Below are positions 28,772-37,729 of a stretch of DNA of 64,000 nucleotides, in pieces. Both the position numbers and the translations under genes were made by a program. Each line of letters opens with the position of its first letter. The first letter of the stretch is position 1. The notes beneath the pieces are model-generated. The model was not told the DNA's origin, made no database searches, and saw nothing but the letters and a program-made list of their open reading frames with translations. This stretch comes from a virus (lineage: Duplodnaviria; Heunggongvirae; Uroviricota; Caudoviricetes): IMG/VR virus record IMGVR_UViG_3300042484_000872, positions 48,338-112,337 of that record; one strand, written 5' to 3'.

Positions 28772-30088
28772 ATGAGTAAATATAGATTTAAGACAGAACA
28801 AGAGTTTAAATATGATGATTTTTGGAATGATGAATATGAATGCCCAGATAACTGGTCTGAAGAAGGTGATATGAATGGTTATATGGGACAAGATGTTCCT
28901 GATAAATTCATTAAACTAATTGAGAAAGGTCATTCATTTACTTATGATAATTGGTTATTCCGAGCAAACAATTGTATCATCAAAGAAATAGAAGTAGTAA
29001 ACGTAGAAGAAGTATTAGAACAAATTAAATTAAATAATTCCTTAATAACAAAAGAAAAAATGAAAGCAACAACAGTAAAGAAATCAGCAAAAGCAAATCC
29101 AGTAGCAGAGAAGTTCGTATTTATGGACAAAACAGTTAACATTCTAAACGTAGGATTCCAAACATGTAAGAATGTTGTATTATATGGTCCAGGAGGACAT
29201 GGTAAATCAGAAATGACACTTGATTTTCTAAAAGCAAAAGGTATTGAACCTTATGTTATTACAATGGGTACAGGTATGACTACAGACAGATTGTTTGGTG
29301 GTCTTGATATACCTATGTTTGAAAAGACAGGTAAAATAGAATATCTTGTAGAGAATTCATTTATGAATCATCCTTTTGTTATATTCGAAGAGATGTTTGA
29401 TGCTCCTGATTTCATCTTAGAACAATTAAAGGATATATTATCAAGTGGTACATTCAGAAATGGCACACAGATATTTCCTATTGAAACTAAGTTCATCATT
29501 TGTTGTACAAATAGAACTCGTGATGAATTCTCAAAGAATATGTCTTTGAAAGCATTGATGGAGAGATTTCCTCTTGAATTGAATGTTATCTGGGATAACT
29601 ATACAGAGATCAGCTACAATAAATTACTAGAGAGTAAGTTTGGTGTAGATAATGTAGATCCAGTGATTCCATATTTGTTACAAGAGTATGCTAAGAATGG
29701 TATTACAATTAGTCCACGTGTTGCTGTAACAGCATATCAAGTGTATGACCAATGTGGACCAGAATCATTAAGCTTTATTGCTGAGTTCTCTAAGAAACCA
29801 TCATTGATAGCTGAAGCTATTAAGAAGTTTGAGGCTACAATTAAGTTTAGAGATTTATCTGCATCTCTTACATTCAGTATTGAAACTCTAACTCATTTAC
29901 CATTGGTATCTAGAGATGATGAGAAGATGTACAAAGATGCTATTGTTGATCTTAACAAGCAATTGACAGACATCAAAGGATTAGCAGTGAGTGATGATAT
30001 TGCACAAATACATTCACAATTAGTAAAAGCTGCTACACAAGCTAAAGAGAAGTTTACTAAGAACCTACAAATTGCTTCATTCATATAA
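28772..30088 (+). CDS. MoxR-like AAA+ ATPase
   Basis: Walker A GPGGHGKS, Walker B-like VIFEEMFDA, sensor-1 CCTNRT. Start moved from 28748 (inside a hairpin loop) to the ATG at 28772 (MSKYRF...). Confidence 0.6.
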   Translation: MSKYRFKTEQEFKYDDFWNDEYECPDNWSEEGDMNGYMGQDVPDKFIKLIEKGHSFTYDNWLFRANNCIIKEIEVVNVEEVLEQIKLNNSLITKEKMKATTVKKSAKANPVAEKFVFMDKTVNILNVGFQTCKNVVLYGPGGHGKSEMTLDFLKAKGIEPYVITMGTGMTTDRLFGGLDIPMFEKTGKIEYLVENSFMNHPFVIFEEMFDAPDFILEQLKDILSSGTFRNGTQIFPIETKFIICCTNRTRDEFSKNMSLKALMERFPLELNVIWDNYTEISYNKLLESKFGVDNVDPVIPYLLQEYAKNGITISPRVAVTAYQVYDQCGPESLSFIAEFSKKPSLIAEAIKKFEATIKFRDLSASLTFSIETLTHLPLVSRDDEKMYKDAIVDLNKQLTDIKGLAVSDDIAQIHSQLVKAATQAKEKFTKNLQIASFI

Positions 30089-31479
30089 TGGCAAGTTTAT
30101 GGGATAATGGGTATGATGATTACTACGGTGATTATTATGCCCCTTCCTATACTCCTAAAAAGAGTAGTGGAGGCTGGAAAAGTAAATATGGTGGTAGTGG
30201 ATGGTCCAAGAGTTCTTGGTCTAATTTCTCATATGTTGTATCATATGAGGATAATGATGAAGATCTATTTGTTAAAGATCCAGTTAACTATTTAACACCA
30301 AGTGCTAAAGACATCAAAGCTAAGGTGAGAGGTGTTAAGAAGCAAGAATCTATTGATTTGATCAAAGAGTTAGCACGTGTGTGTTATTTCAAGATGATTG
30401 ATGAAACAGAATATGTAGCTGATAAGTATAAAGATGTAGATAATTTATCTGATGAAGACAAAGGAGAATATGCAAAGAAGAAACCTTTGCTTGATGCTGT
30501 GTATCAACAATATGTTCCAGGATTTACACCTCTTGAACAAGCTATTGCTATCTATCTGAAGCTTAAAGAATCTCCTACTGGAGAAAGAAATGAAGATGAT
30601 GATGATGAAGAAACAGATACAAGTAAAGCATTTGATTTTGATAGAAGTCTTTATTCTGATCCAAATATCAATGAACAATTAGATCTAAATGAACTAAGCA
30701 AGGATAAGAAGATGGAGATTATGAATCACATATCTCTTGTTGGTAAGTTTGGTAGTGAGTTTAAAGTGGAGAAAGAGATATCTGAGAAGATAGTGGCTAA
30801 TTCTGATCAATATGCAACAATGATTATGAGAGATTATGCTCAAATACATATGATGCCATTATATCAGAAGATGTTTCCTAATTTCAGAACTAAATTCTTA
30901 ACTAAAGACTTAACAGTGAATGTTCCTGTTGATAGAAAAGAACAGATTCAGAAGATTATTATTCTATTAGATTATTCTGGTAGTATGTCAGAAGAACAGA
31001 AACAAATTTGGGTAAATGCTATATTAATAGACAGATTCAAGTATGTTATGAGAGGTGAAGCTGAAGTGTTCTTTAGTTATTTTGTACATGATCCAGAGAA
31101 ATTAGACTTCCAACATATAAAGAATAGAGAAGATGTAATTGCATTTTGGCAAACATTCTCTAATAGTCCTAATGGTGGAGGAACAGAAGTTGGTGATATG
31201 GTTGAATATGTAGCTAATGAAATATCTAGTGGTAAATTATGTAATCTAGATGTTAATCTATTAGAAGAGAAGCCAGAGATATTAATTATCAATGATGGTC
31301 AGGATTCTATAAATAGTGAGAAGTTTCCTTATAAAGTGAATGCCATATCATTAATGCAATTTAGTGATGAGTTGAAAGATCTTTGTCTTGATACAGATGG
31401 TAAACAGATTAAGGTGACAGAAGACTTGGAAGTGTTCAGCTATGCTAAAGGTGTAGGTGAACAACAAATTAAATTATAA
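30088..31479 (+). CDS. von Willebrand factor A (VWA) domain protein
   Basis: MIDAS motif LLDYSGSMSEE; Gly/Tyr/Ser-rich N-terminus. Start codon overlaps the AAA+ gene's stop. Confidence 0.6.
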   Translation: MASLWDNGYDDYYGDYYAPSYTPKKSSGGWKSKYGGSGWSKSSWSNFSYVVSYEDNDEDLFVKDPVNYLTPSAKDIKAKVRGVKKQESIDLIKELARVCYFKMIDETEYVADKYKDVDNLSDEDKGEYAKKKPLLDAVYQQYVPGFTPLEQAIAIYLKLKESPTGERNEDDDDEETDTSKAFDFDRSLYSDPNINEQLDLNELSKDKKMEIMNHISLVGKFGSEFKVEKEISEKIVANSDQYATMIMRDYAQIHMMPLYQKMFPNFRTKFLTKDLTVNVPVDRKEQIQKIIILLDYSGSMSEEQKQIWVNAILIDRFKYVMRGEAEVFFSYFVHDPEKLDFQHIKNREDVIAFWQTFSNSPNGGGTEVGDMVEYVANEISSGKLCNLDVNLLEEKPEILIINDGQDSINSEKFPYKVNAISLMQFSDELKDLCLDTDGKQIKVTEDLEVFSYAKGVGEQQIKL

Positions 31480-31713
31480 TTTGATTAATTATTTGGTTTG
31501 TTACTCCCTGTAGATTATATTTGCAGGGATATTGTATAATCACTGGGGACTATAAACGCCACATAGCAGTTTAAATAGTCAATGTATGTGCTGCGTATCA
31601 TTGAACTTACCTATATTATGCATATTATGAGTTTAGAACTCACTAGAGTGATACAAAAAGAATAGGGAAGCTGAAAACTATATAGAGTAGGTACAAAATT
31701 AAACCAATGAACA

Positions 31714-31896
31714 ATGAAGTATCTAATAAGTATAGTCTTTACGTTCTTATCTGTATTAGCCTTTATGAAACTATTGTTTCTATTGAATAAGGGCAATACT
31801 GTTGCAAATGTTTTTGCTATAGTAGGTATATTCTTATTGGGATATATAATTGCAAGAACAAAGTTATTTACACAATTAAAATCAAAGAAAAAATGA
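31714..31896 (+). CDS. small membrane protein
   Basis: 60 aa, hydrophobic, overlaps the lipoprotein start by 4 nt. Confidence 0.3.
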   Translation: MKYLISIVFTFLSVLAFMKLLFLLNKGNTVANVFAIVGIFLLGYIIARTKLFTQLKSKKK

Positions 31897-32738
31897 AAAA
31901 AGTAGTATTATTAGGAGCATTAGTTGCTATGTTTGCAACATCATGTACAACAGCTGACTCAAGTGAAGTGGCATTAGTGGTAGATCAAATTGGAAATGAT
32001 AAGGGAATTCCAAACATTCAAATGGAATCAGGATTCATATTCTATTTCCCACCAACACAAGATGTATACACCTATCCAACATCTGTACAACATAAAGTGT
32101 GGAGTGCAGACAATCAAGAAGGATCAGAAACAGATGAGCACATTGATGTAACATCATCAGATGGAGCTACATTTGGTCTTGATGTATCTATAAACTTACA
32201 ATTACAAAGAGCTAAGGCATCAGAGTTGTTTATAAAATACAGAGTGGACATGGATGAGTTGATACATACAAGAGTAAGAACTATTGTTAGAAAAGAATTA
32301 TTAGATAATGCTGTTAACTTTGCATCAGATAGTCTTTTACAACATAGAAATATATATGAGGCCAATGTAACTAAGACATTAACATTATCATTAGAGAAAG
32401 AAGGATTCACATTGAATAACATTGCTGTATTAAAGATGGCATTACCATCATCATACAAGAAAGCTATTGAAAGAAAGATTGCTGTGTTACAAGAAACAGC
32501 AACTATCATCTCTCAGACTAAACAAGCTGAACAAACAGCATTGAAGAAAGTGGCATTAGCTAAGGGTAATTACGAAGCAGCACAATATGATGCTAAGACA
32601 AAAGAAATCTTATCACAACCTAAGCTTCTTGAATTATACAGAGCAGAAACAGAAAGAGTATGGGCAAATAAAGGCAGATCTCCATATGGTTCTAATAATG
32701 TATTTGGTTCTGCATCTGGAATTCTTTTAAATAGATAA
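31893..32738 (+). CDS. lipoprotein, SPFH/band-7-like
   Basis: Signal peptide with lipobox MKKVVLLGALVAMFATSC. The rest has prohibitin/HflC-like helical segments (weak, by eye). Confidence 0.5.
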   Translation: MKKVVLLGALVAMFATSCTTADSSEVALVVDQIGNDKGIPNIQMESGFIFYFPPTQDVYTYPTSVQHKVWSADNQEGSETDEHIDVTSSDGATFGLDVSINLQLQRAKASELFIKYRVDMDELIHTRVRTIVRKELLDNAVNFASDSLLQHRNIYEANVTKTLTLSLEKEGFTLNNIAVLKMALPSSYKKAIERKIAVLQETATIISQTKQAEQTALKKVALAKGNYEAAQYDAKTKEILSQPKLLELYRAETERVWANKGRSPYGSNNVFGSASGILLNR

Positions 32739-33048
32739 TTGCACAGTGGTCCTACATCCACACACATTAAACTTGTAGGATTGGTCTCTGATGTTAGGGA
32801 ACACTTGTGAGTTGCAATGATAAAACTCTCAAACAGGCTAAACATTGAACCAGATAGTGCATGAGGCCCATGCTACGAGTAACTATCAAAGATACTATCA
32901 GTAATGGTAGTTGGATGTTATGATGAATGGTGCTCTCTATGACAATTTGCACATAGGAGCACACATTTATCTAATTCAATTTTAAGATTATTAATATAAA
33001 TGCTTGGTACTAATCATTTTTATTTGTACATTTGTAAAAAATATTATT

Positions 33049-33534
33049 ATGTGGAAACAAATAGAAGACTATGATTATGAAATAAATCCTGAAGGAATAG
33101 TAATGAGAATTTCAACTAAAAGAATTAAAAAATCTTTTAAAAGACCTGATGGATACATTGGTATTCAATTGTACAAATCTAAAACAGAGATTAAAAACTT
33201 TCAGTTACATAGATTAATAGCAATTGCATTTATTAATAATCCTGAAAACAAAGACATTATTAACCATAAAGATTCAAATAGAGAAAACAATTCTTTAAAT
33301 AATCTTGAATGGGTAACAAAAAAAGAAAATGACAAACATGCTTATGAATTTGGTAATGCTTCAAACAAAGGTTCTAAAAATGGTTTTTCTGTATTAACAG
33401 AAGAACAAGTATTGAAAATAAGAAAAAAAAGAGCAGAAAATAAACTAACTTATCAAAAATTAGCAGAGTTGTATAATGTTTCTTACGGTTGTATTGCAGG
33501 TATAATACAAAGAACAAATTGGAAACATATTTAA
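33049..33534 (+). CDS. HNH homing endonuclease (HNH_3 / NUMOD4-type)
   Basis: MWKQIEDYDYEINPEGIV... start context, HRLIAIAF, INHKDSNRENNSLNNLEWVTKKEN. Start moved to Met-16 of the track ORF. Confidence 0.6.
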   Translation: MWKQIEDYDYEINPEGIVMRISTKRIKKSFKRPDGYIGIQLYKSKTEIKNFQLHRLIAIAFINNPENKDIINHKDSNRENNSLNNLEWVTKKENDKHAYEFGNASNKGSKNGFSVLTEEQVLKIRKKRAENKLTYQKLAELYNVSYGCIAGIIQRTNWKHI

Positions 33535-34169
33535 AATAATCTAAACCCTGACAGAAACTGTATAGTAATATATAGAATGGATATAGCTGTATGAGATATG
33601 CTATTATGTACCATTGGGAGTTCTCAGCAAGTAGTTAATCAGGTGTGAGTTCAGTAATCCTCCCAATTACACATCGAAAGGAGGTAATTAACTACGTGAC
33701 CCTACTCTTATATCTAACAATCGTAATTGATTTGCAGAAACAATAGTACATAAGAACAGACTATAAGAAAGAGGGTGCTAAACAATATTTAAAGCTCGAG
33801 GCTCAATCATTTGATTTGAGCACGCTACCTCGGACTATGATAAGTGTCCTCACATGAGGAATTTGGGCTCGACTGGAATTGACTGGTTATTATAGATTAT
33901 ACAATTCAGCCAGAGAGATAACTGTAAACTAAGGTGAATTATTTTAAATGGCAAAAACACAAGTCGTGTAGTGGCTCTAGGAGCAAACGCACAAATCGAA
34001 GCTAATATGAACAAAGTATTCTCATTATTAAATGAGGATGTAATCGTTGGTTTAGCAGCCTAAATTACCTCAAGATTTCTCTATTAGATTAAATAGAGTG
34101 GTGGGAACGTTAAGCCTAGCTTGACCCTAAATAAGCTGTATAAAATTGTATTTTTGAAGTAAGCAACAC

Positions 34170-34194
34170 GAGGGTTCGAATCCCTCCGAGTCCA
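34170..34194 (+). other. orphan tRNA 3' fragment (T-arm GAGGG-TTCGAAT-CCCTC + acceptor 3' strand CGAGTCC-A)
   Basis: Canonical T-arm read directly. No complementary 5' acceptor strand (GGACTCG) anywhere upstream. Confidence 0.35.
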
Positions 34195-34215
34195 CTGATT
34201 ACCAGTTAGTTAAAT

Positions 34216-34326
34216 GATTGAGTGGCGGAATTGGTAGACGTTATGTTATGTACAGATACTAAGCAGAAGTGAGATTGCTGTACTAAGCTCACATCCTGAA
34301 TACAGGTTCGAATCCTGTCTCAATCA
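34216..34326 (+). tRNA. tRNA-like gene, class-II-type D-arm, ~20 nt longer than a canonical tRNA; anticodon not assignable by eye
   Basis: 5' GATTGAG pairs perfectly with 3' CTCAATC. D-arm TGGCGGAATTGGTAGACG, T-arm ACAGG-TTCGAAT-CCTGT, discriminator A. The middle 60 nt contains a duplicated ACTAAGC and stems GTACAG/CTGTAC and GTGAG/CTCAC. Confidence 0.4.
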
Positions 34327-34547
34327 CAGCAGTTACTTGACGCAAATAGCACAGTAACAGACATTGGATAGTTTGCACATCACGAATGTTAAGTCCTTTC
34401 CACGCAGAGAAGGAGTTGAGTACTTATAGGGAAGAAATGTTCCTAATCTCAACAATTGACATCTCCCAAGGGAGAAGGTCCTATTAAAGCCTCTATTAAC
34501 ATAGGGGCTTTTCTTATTATGTATTAATCCTTAATAACTAAATAACA

Positions 34548-35330
34548 ATGAAAGAAAAGTTTATACCTTATACAAAGAAAAAGTATTCTATTACATCTGA
34601 TGGATTAGTTTATTCTAACTATAAAAATACTAACATTGGTGGAAAGTTTTATGAAAAGAAACTTATCAGCAAATATCTACAACAAAATTGTGCTGTTCTT
34701 AATTTACAATTTGGTAAATGGTCCAAAACCAATAAATCAACAACTGTTTTTATGAATACATTAATGAAAGATATATTTAAATTAAAAAAACCAGATACAT
34801 TTCATATGTATGATTTAAGACCTAAGAATGGTAATGTGTTCGATAGTTCATTAGATAATCTAGAATGGAGAATTAGATCCACTTCTGATTTCAATTTCTA
34901 TCCTCAACCATATTATGATAAAAAAGGCAATATAACATCTAAACGTTGCTCACATTGTGGAGAGATACATGATATTAATCGATATGTATTACAGAGGCCT
35001 AAGAGACCAGATGAGAATAATACATATAAGAACAAATGTAAATCTTGTAGACATGATCAAGAATGGAAACTTATAAATTCAGATGATAAAAAACTTGCTA
35101 GATATAAAGAACAACAAAAAAGATATACAAATTCTGAAAAAGGAAAAGCTTATCATAGAGAATATGGAATAGTTTGGTCTAAAAAAGATTATGATAGAAT
35201 AGGTGATCATTATATAAGTAATTGCTTAAAAGTAACAAGAAAAGAATTAACACCAGAATTACGAGAAATATTTAAAAAGAAAATAACCTTAAAACGAAAA
35301 TTAGAAAATCATGGCAACAAAGAAAATTAA
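34548..35330 (+). CDS. HNH-like endonuclease with Zn-finger (HNH_3-like LDNLEW motif)
   Basis: EKFIPYTKKKYSITSDGLVYSNY (NUMOD4-like), FHMYDLRPKNGN...LDNLEWRI, CSHCGE...CKSC zinc finger. TCCTTAATAAC 9 nt upstream. Confidence 0.45.
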   Translation: MKEKFIPYTKKKYSITSDGLVYSNYKNTNIGGKFYEKKLISKYLQQNCAVLNLQFGKWSKTNKSTTVFMNTLMKDIFKLKKPDTFHMYDLRPKNGNVFDSSLDNLEWRIRSTSDFNFYPQPYYDKKGNITSKRCSHCGEIHDINRYVLQRPKRPDENNTYKNKCKSCRHDQEWKLINSDDKKLARYKEQQKRYTNSEKGKAYHREYGIVWSKKDYDRIGDHYISNCLKVTRKELTPELREIFKKKITLKRKLENHGNKEN

Positions 35331-35529
35331 AACAATGAATGTTACAGATGTAATCAAAGTAACACAAGAGATCGGTGATGTACTATCAAGTCAATATCAC
35401 ACATCAAAAGATTTAAAAGTGGCTCAAGGAGCTTTATCAGCTTATAAAACTGCAATTGGTGCAGCAAAAGCTCAATTGATTTATAAGAAACTAACTGGTA
35501 CACCAACTAGTATAGAATTCTTTCAATAG
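35311..35529 (+). CDS. hypothetical protein
   Basis: 72-aa ORF. Confidence 0.4.
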   Translation: MATKKIKTMNVTDVIKVTQEIGDVLSSQYHTSKDLKVAQGALSAYKTAIGAAKAQLIYKKLTGTPTSIEFFQ

Positions 35530-35555
35530 ATTATTAATCCTTAATAACAATAGAA

Positions 35556-35702
35556 ATGAAAACAATCACAATGAAACCAACTGAGTTTTATCAGTTTAGA
35601 CAATTAGCATTCGCAATGAGTATAGCGTTTGCATGTACAATAGCACATGGTGTGTATATTGTAGAAGCCAATATAAACCAGCTAGAACAGTTGGGTTATT
35701 AA
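35556..35702 (+). CDS. 48-aa hydrophobic peptide
   Basis: Hand-translated MKTITMKPTEFYQFRQLAFAMSIAFACTIAHGVYIV.... TCCTTAATAAC 7 nt upstream. Confidence 0.3.
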   Translation: MKTITMKPTEFYQFRQLAFAMSIAFACTIAHGVYIVEANINQLEQLGY

Positions 35703-35769
35703 GGAGGGCAAAAGGGCTCTTGTGTAATAGCAGGAGCCTAATTGTTTAATCATTAATAGAAGAAATACT

Positions 35770-35997
35770 ATGGATAATATAACAGATAAAATTATTATTA
35801 GACCAATGTACAAAACAGATCTTAAATATATTAAGGGAATGAATGTAGCAATACTTGAGTCTACAGGAGAAATAATTAAAAGACATTTTGACAATGTTGG
35901 ACAGTATATACCAAAACAATATAGTAATGTGCCAGTGGAATTGTTATCTTATAATGATATAGATTGGGAACTTGCAGAATATAAAATTAAAAAATAA
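35770..35997 (+). CDS. hypothetical protein
   Basis: 75-aa ORF; variant motif TCATTAATAG upstream. Confidence 0.4.
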   Translation: MDNITDKIIIRPMYKTDLKYIKGMNVAILESTGEIIKRHFDNVGQYIPKQYSNVPVELLSYNDIDWELAEYKIKK

Positions 35998-36007
35998 ATT
36001 AGATAGT

Positions 36008-36127
36008 ATGAATAAATTTGAATGTAGTGAGTGTGGTACAAAATACAGCTCACCAGAAACAACACCACCTCCAGGAATCAAATGGAGTGATGGACATGTG
36101 TGTACACCTAAATCTGTAAACAAATAG
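36008..36127 (+). CDS. 39-aa Zn-ribbon peptide (CSECG...HVCTP)
   Basis: Hand-translated MNKFECSECGTKYSSPETTPPPGIKWSDGHVCTPKSVNK. Confidence 0.3.
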   Translation: MNKFECSECGTKYSSPETTPPPGIKWSDGHVCTPKSVNK

Positions 36128-36130
36128 AAT

Positions 36131-36472
36131 ATGGAACCTATACATAAGTTTAACAACGGTAGAGGAGCTATGATCTGCATAAAATGTAGAACTATTATAT
36201 CTACAGGTCCTGCAACTAAAGAGTTGTATTGTGAAAAATGTAAACCTAAACAAGAAACTACTCTTGAAGAAGCTGCTAATAATTATGCTAATCAAAAAGG
36301 GAATATTCCTACAACAGAATTAGAAGATGCTATTTTCAAACAAGGATTTTTAGATGGTGCTAAATGGCAACAAGAACAGATAGGTAAGTCAGAATTTCTA
36401 CAAAAATTAAGAGCAACTTTATCTGATGCAGAAGCAAGAAGATTAATATTTGAAACATTTAAAAACAAATAA
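36131..36472 (+). CDS. Zn-ribbon protein
   Basis: CIKCRT...CEKCKPK, 113 aa. Confidence 0.5.
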   Translation: MEPIHKFNNGRGAMICIKCRTIISTGPATKELYCEKCKPKQETTLEEAANNYANQKGNIPTTELEDAIFKQGFLDGAKWQQEQIGKSEFLQKLRATLSDAEARRLIFETFKNK

Positions 36473-36475
36473 GAT

Positions 36476-36685
36476 ATGAAACCTTCAGATGTAAAATCAA
36501 GACAACTTGATATAAAAGTATCTCCAAATGAAATAGAAAGATTTGGAGGTGTAGACAACATCAAGAAACTATTAAGAGCTGTTATACGTGATGTATCTGT
36601 TGAAACAAATGTGAAAATGGAATATGTTAAACGTTATGAGATACAAAAAGAGAATCAAAAATGGTATAATTTAAAAAACAAATGA
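36476..36685 (+). CDS. hypothetical protein
   Basis: 69-aa ORF. Confidence 0.4.
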   Translation: MKPSDVKSRQLDIKVSPNEIERFGGVDNIKKLLRAVIRDVSVETNVKMEYVKRYEIQKENQKWYNLKNK

Positions 36686-36921
36686 GTAAAGAAATAGAAA
36701 TAGGTATCACCGTAGGTGGTGTATATGTAACAGTGAGTGGTACATATCATCCAGAAGAACCAAGAGAAATGTATGATGGTAACATGGAAGGTTATCCAGG
36801 AAGTTATGCTGAGTTTGAATTAGAATCAGTACAAGTAGATGGCAATGAAATCATTGATTTGATTAGTGATGCCATATATGATGAAATTATAGAGAAAGTA
36901 TTAGAAAATCAAAAAGACTAA
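36682..36921 (+). CDS. hypothetical protein
   Basis: 79-aa ORF, 4-nt overlap with the previous gene. Confidence 0.4.
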   Translation: MSKEIEIGITVGGVYVTVSGTYHPEEPREMYDGNMEGYPGSYAEFELESVQVDGNEIIDLISDAIYDEIIEKVLENQKD

Positions 36922-36926
36922 AAATT

Positions 36927-37160
36927 ATGAAAATAGAAAATGGAAAGTGGGTAGACCAATATGGTGACCCTGTAACAGTATTTAATTATGATAAGATAAA
37001 AGAGATTGGAAGTAATCTTGTAAACTTATATGGTGAAGACATCACCTACAGTAGAATCAATTTGATCTCTACAATCAAAACTCTTACACCTAAACAAGAA
37101 TCAGATCTTGCTTATGTATTGAGTAATGAAGGTGCCATATCTAAATTAGCAGGATATTAA
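36927..37160 (+). CDS. hypothetical protein
   Basis: 77-aa ORF. Confidence 0.4.
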   Translation: MKIENGKWVDQYGDPVTVFNYDKIKEIGSNLVNLYGEDITYSRINLISTIKTLTPKQESDLAYVLSNEGAISKLAGY

Positions 37161-37162
37161 TT

Positions 37163-37459
37163 ATGGAAGCTAAAGATATAATCGGTAAAGAGATAGAATG
37201 TTTTGAGTTTAAAAGTGAAAACTTACTATCATACTCAAATCAACATAAACAATTATGTGGTAAAAAAGCTATTGTTCTAAACATAAATGAGTCTTATCCA
37301 CAATTTACTCTTGTAGAAATCACTTTACCAATTGGTAAAAAAGAGTCAAATCATTATCCTACAGCAGGTATCATTGAGCAATTAGAAGCAAAAGAGCTTG
37401 AGAATTTAACAATAGAAGAAATTCTAAACAACATGAAGATGCTAACGTCAAAAATATAA
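37163..37459 (+). CDS. hypothetical protein (paralog of 37463..37729)
   Basis: Shared ...GKE(I/M)..F(E/K)F...LT(I)E(E/Q)ILNN(M/I)K(M/K)LTS(K/E) C-terminus with the next gene. Confidence 0.5.
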   Translation: MEAKDIIGKEIECFEFKSENLLSYSNQHKQLCGKKAIVLNINESYPQFTLVEITLPIGKKESNHYPTAGIIEQLEAKELENLTIEEILNNMKMLTSKI

Positions 37460-37462
37460 ATC

Positions 37463-37729
37463 ATGGAAGATAAAGATTCACTTATAGGAAAAGAAATGAA
37501 AGGCTTTAAGTTTAGTGGTTATCCAACTTATATACCTCATATGCAACCATATGAAGGTGTTGTTGGAAAAATAACATTTCAAGATCATAATGTAACTCAA
37601 ATAAGATTTCCTAATGGTAGAAGTTATAATTATCCATATCCTGAATCACTTAATCATCTAGTAGTAGAAGAAGAATTAACAATTGAACAAATCCTTAATA
37701 ACATTAAAAAATTAACATCAGAATTATGA
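37463..37729 (+). CDS. hypothetical protein (paralog of 37163..37459)
   Basis: Tandem paralog; see previous entry. Confidence 0.5.
   Translation: MEDKDSLIGKEMKGFKFSGYPTYIPHMQPYEGVVGKITFQDHNVTQIRFPNGRSYNYPYPESLNHLVVEEELTIEQILNNIKKLTSEL

Noticed and set aside
33750-33840. Group-I intron in the tRNA region (GACTAT elements resembling the P7 R sequence at ~33755 and ~33826)
   Set aside because: No complementary TAGTC partner on either strand in plausible position and no recognisable P/Q/S elements. Hairpins alone are insufficient.
34170-34194. Prophage attP core suggested by the orphan tRNA 3' half
   Set aside because: No integrase or recombinase gene in the window and the genome organisation looks virulent. 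Homing-endonuclease-mediated tRNA disruption is the more parsimonious explanation.
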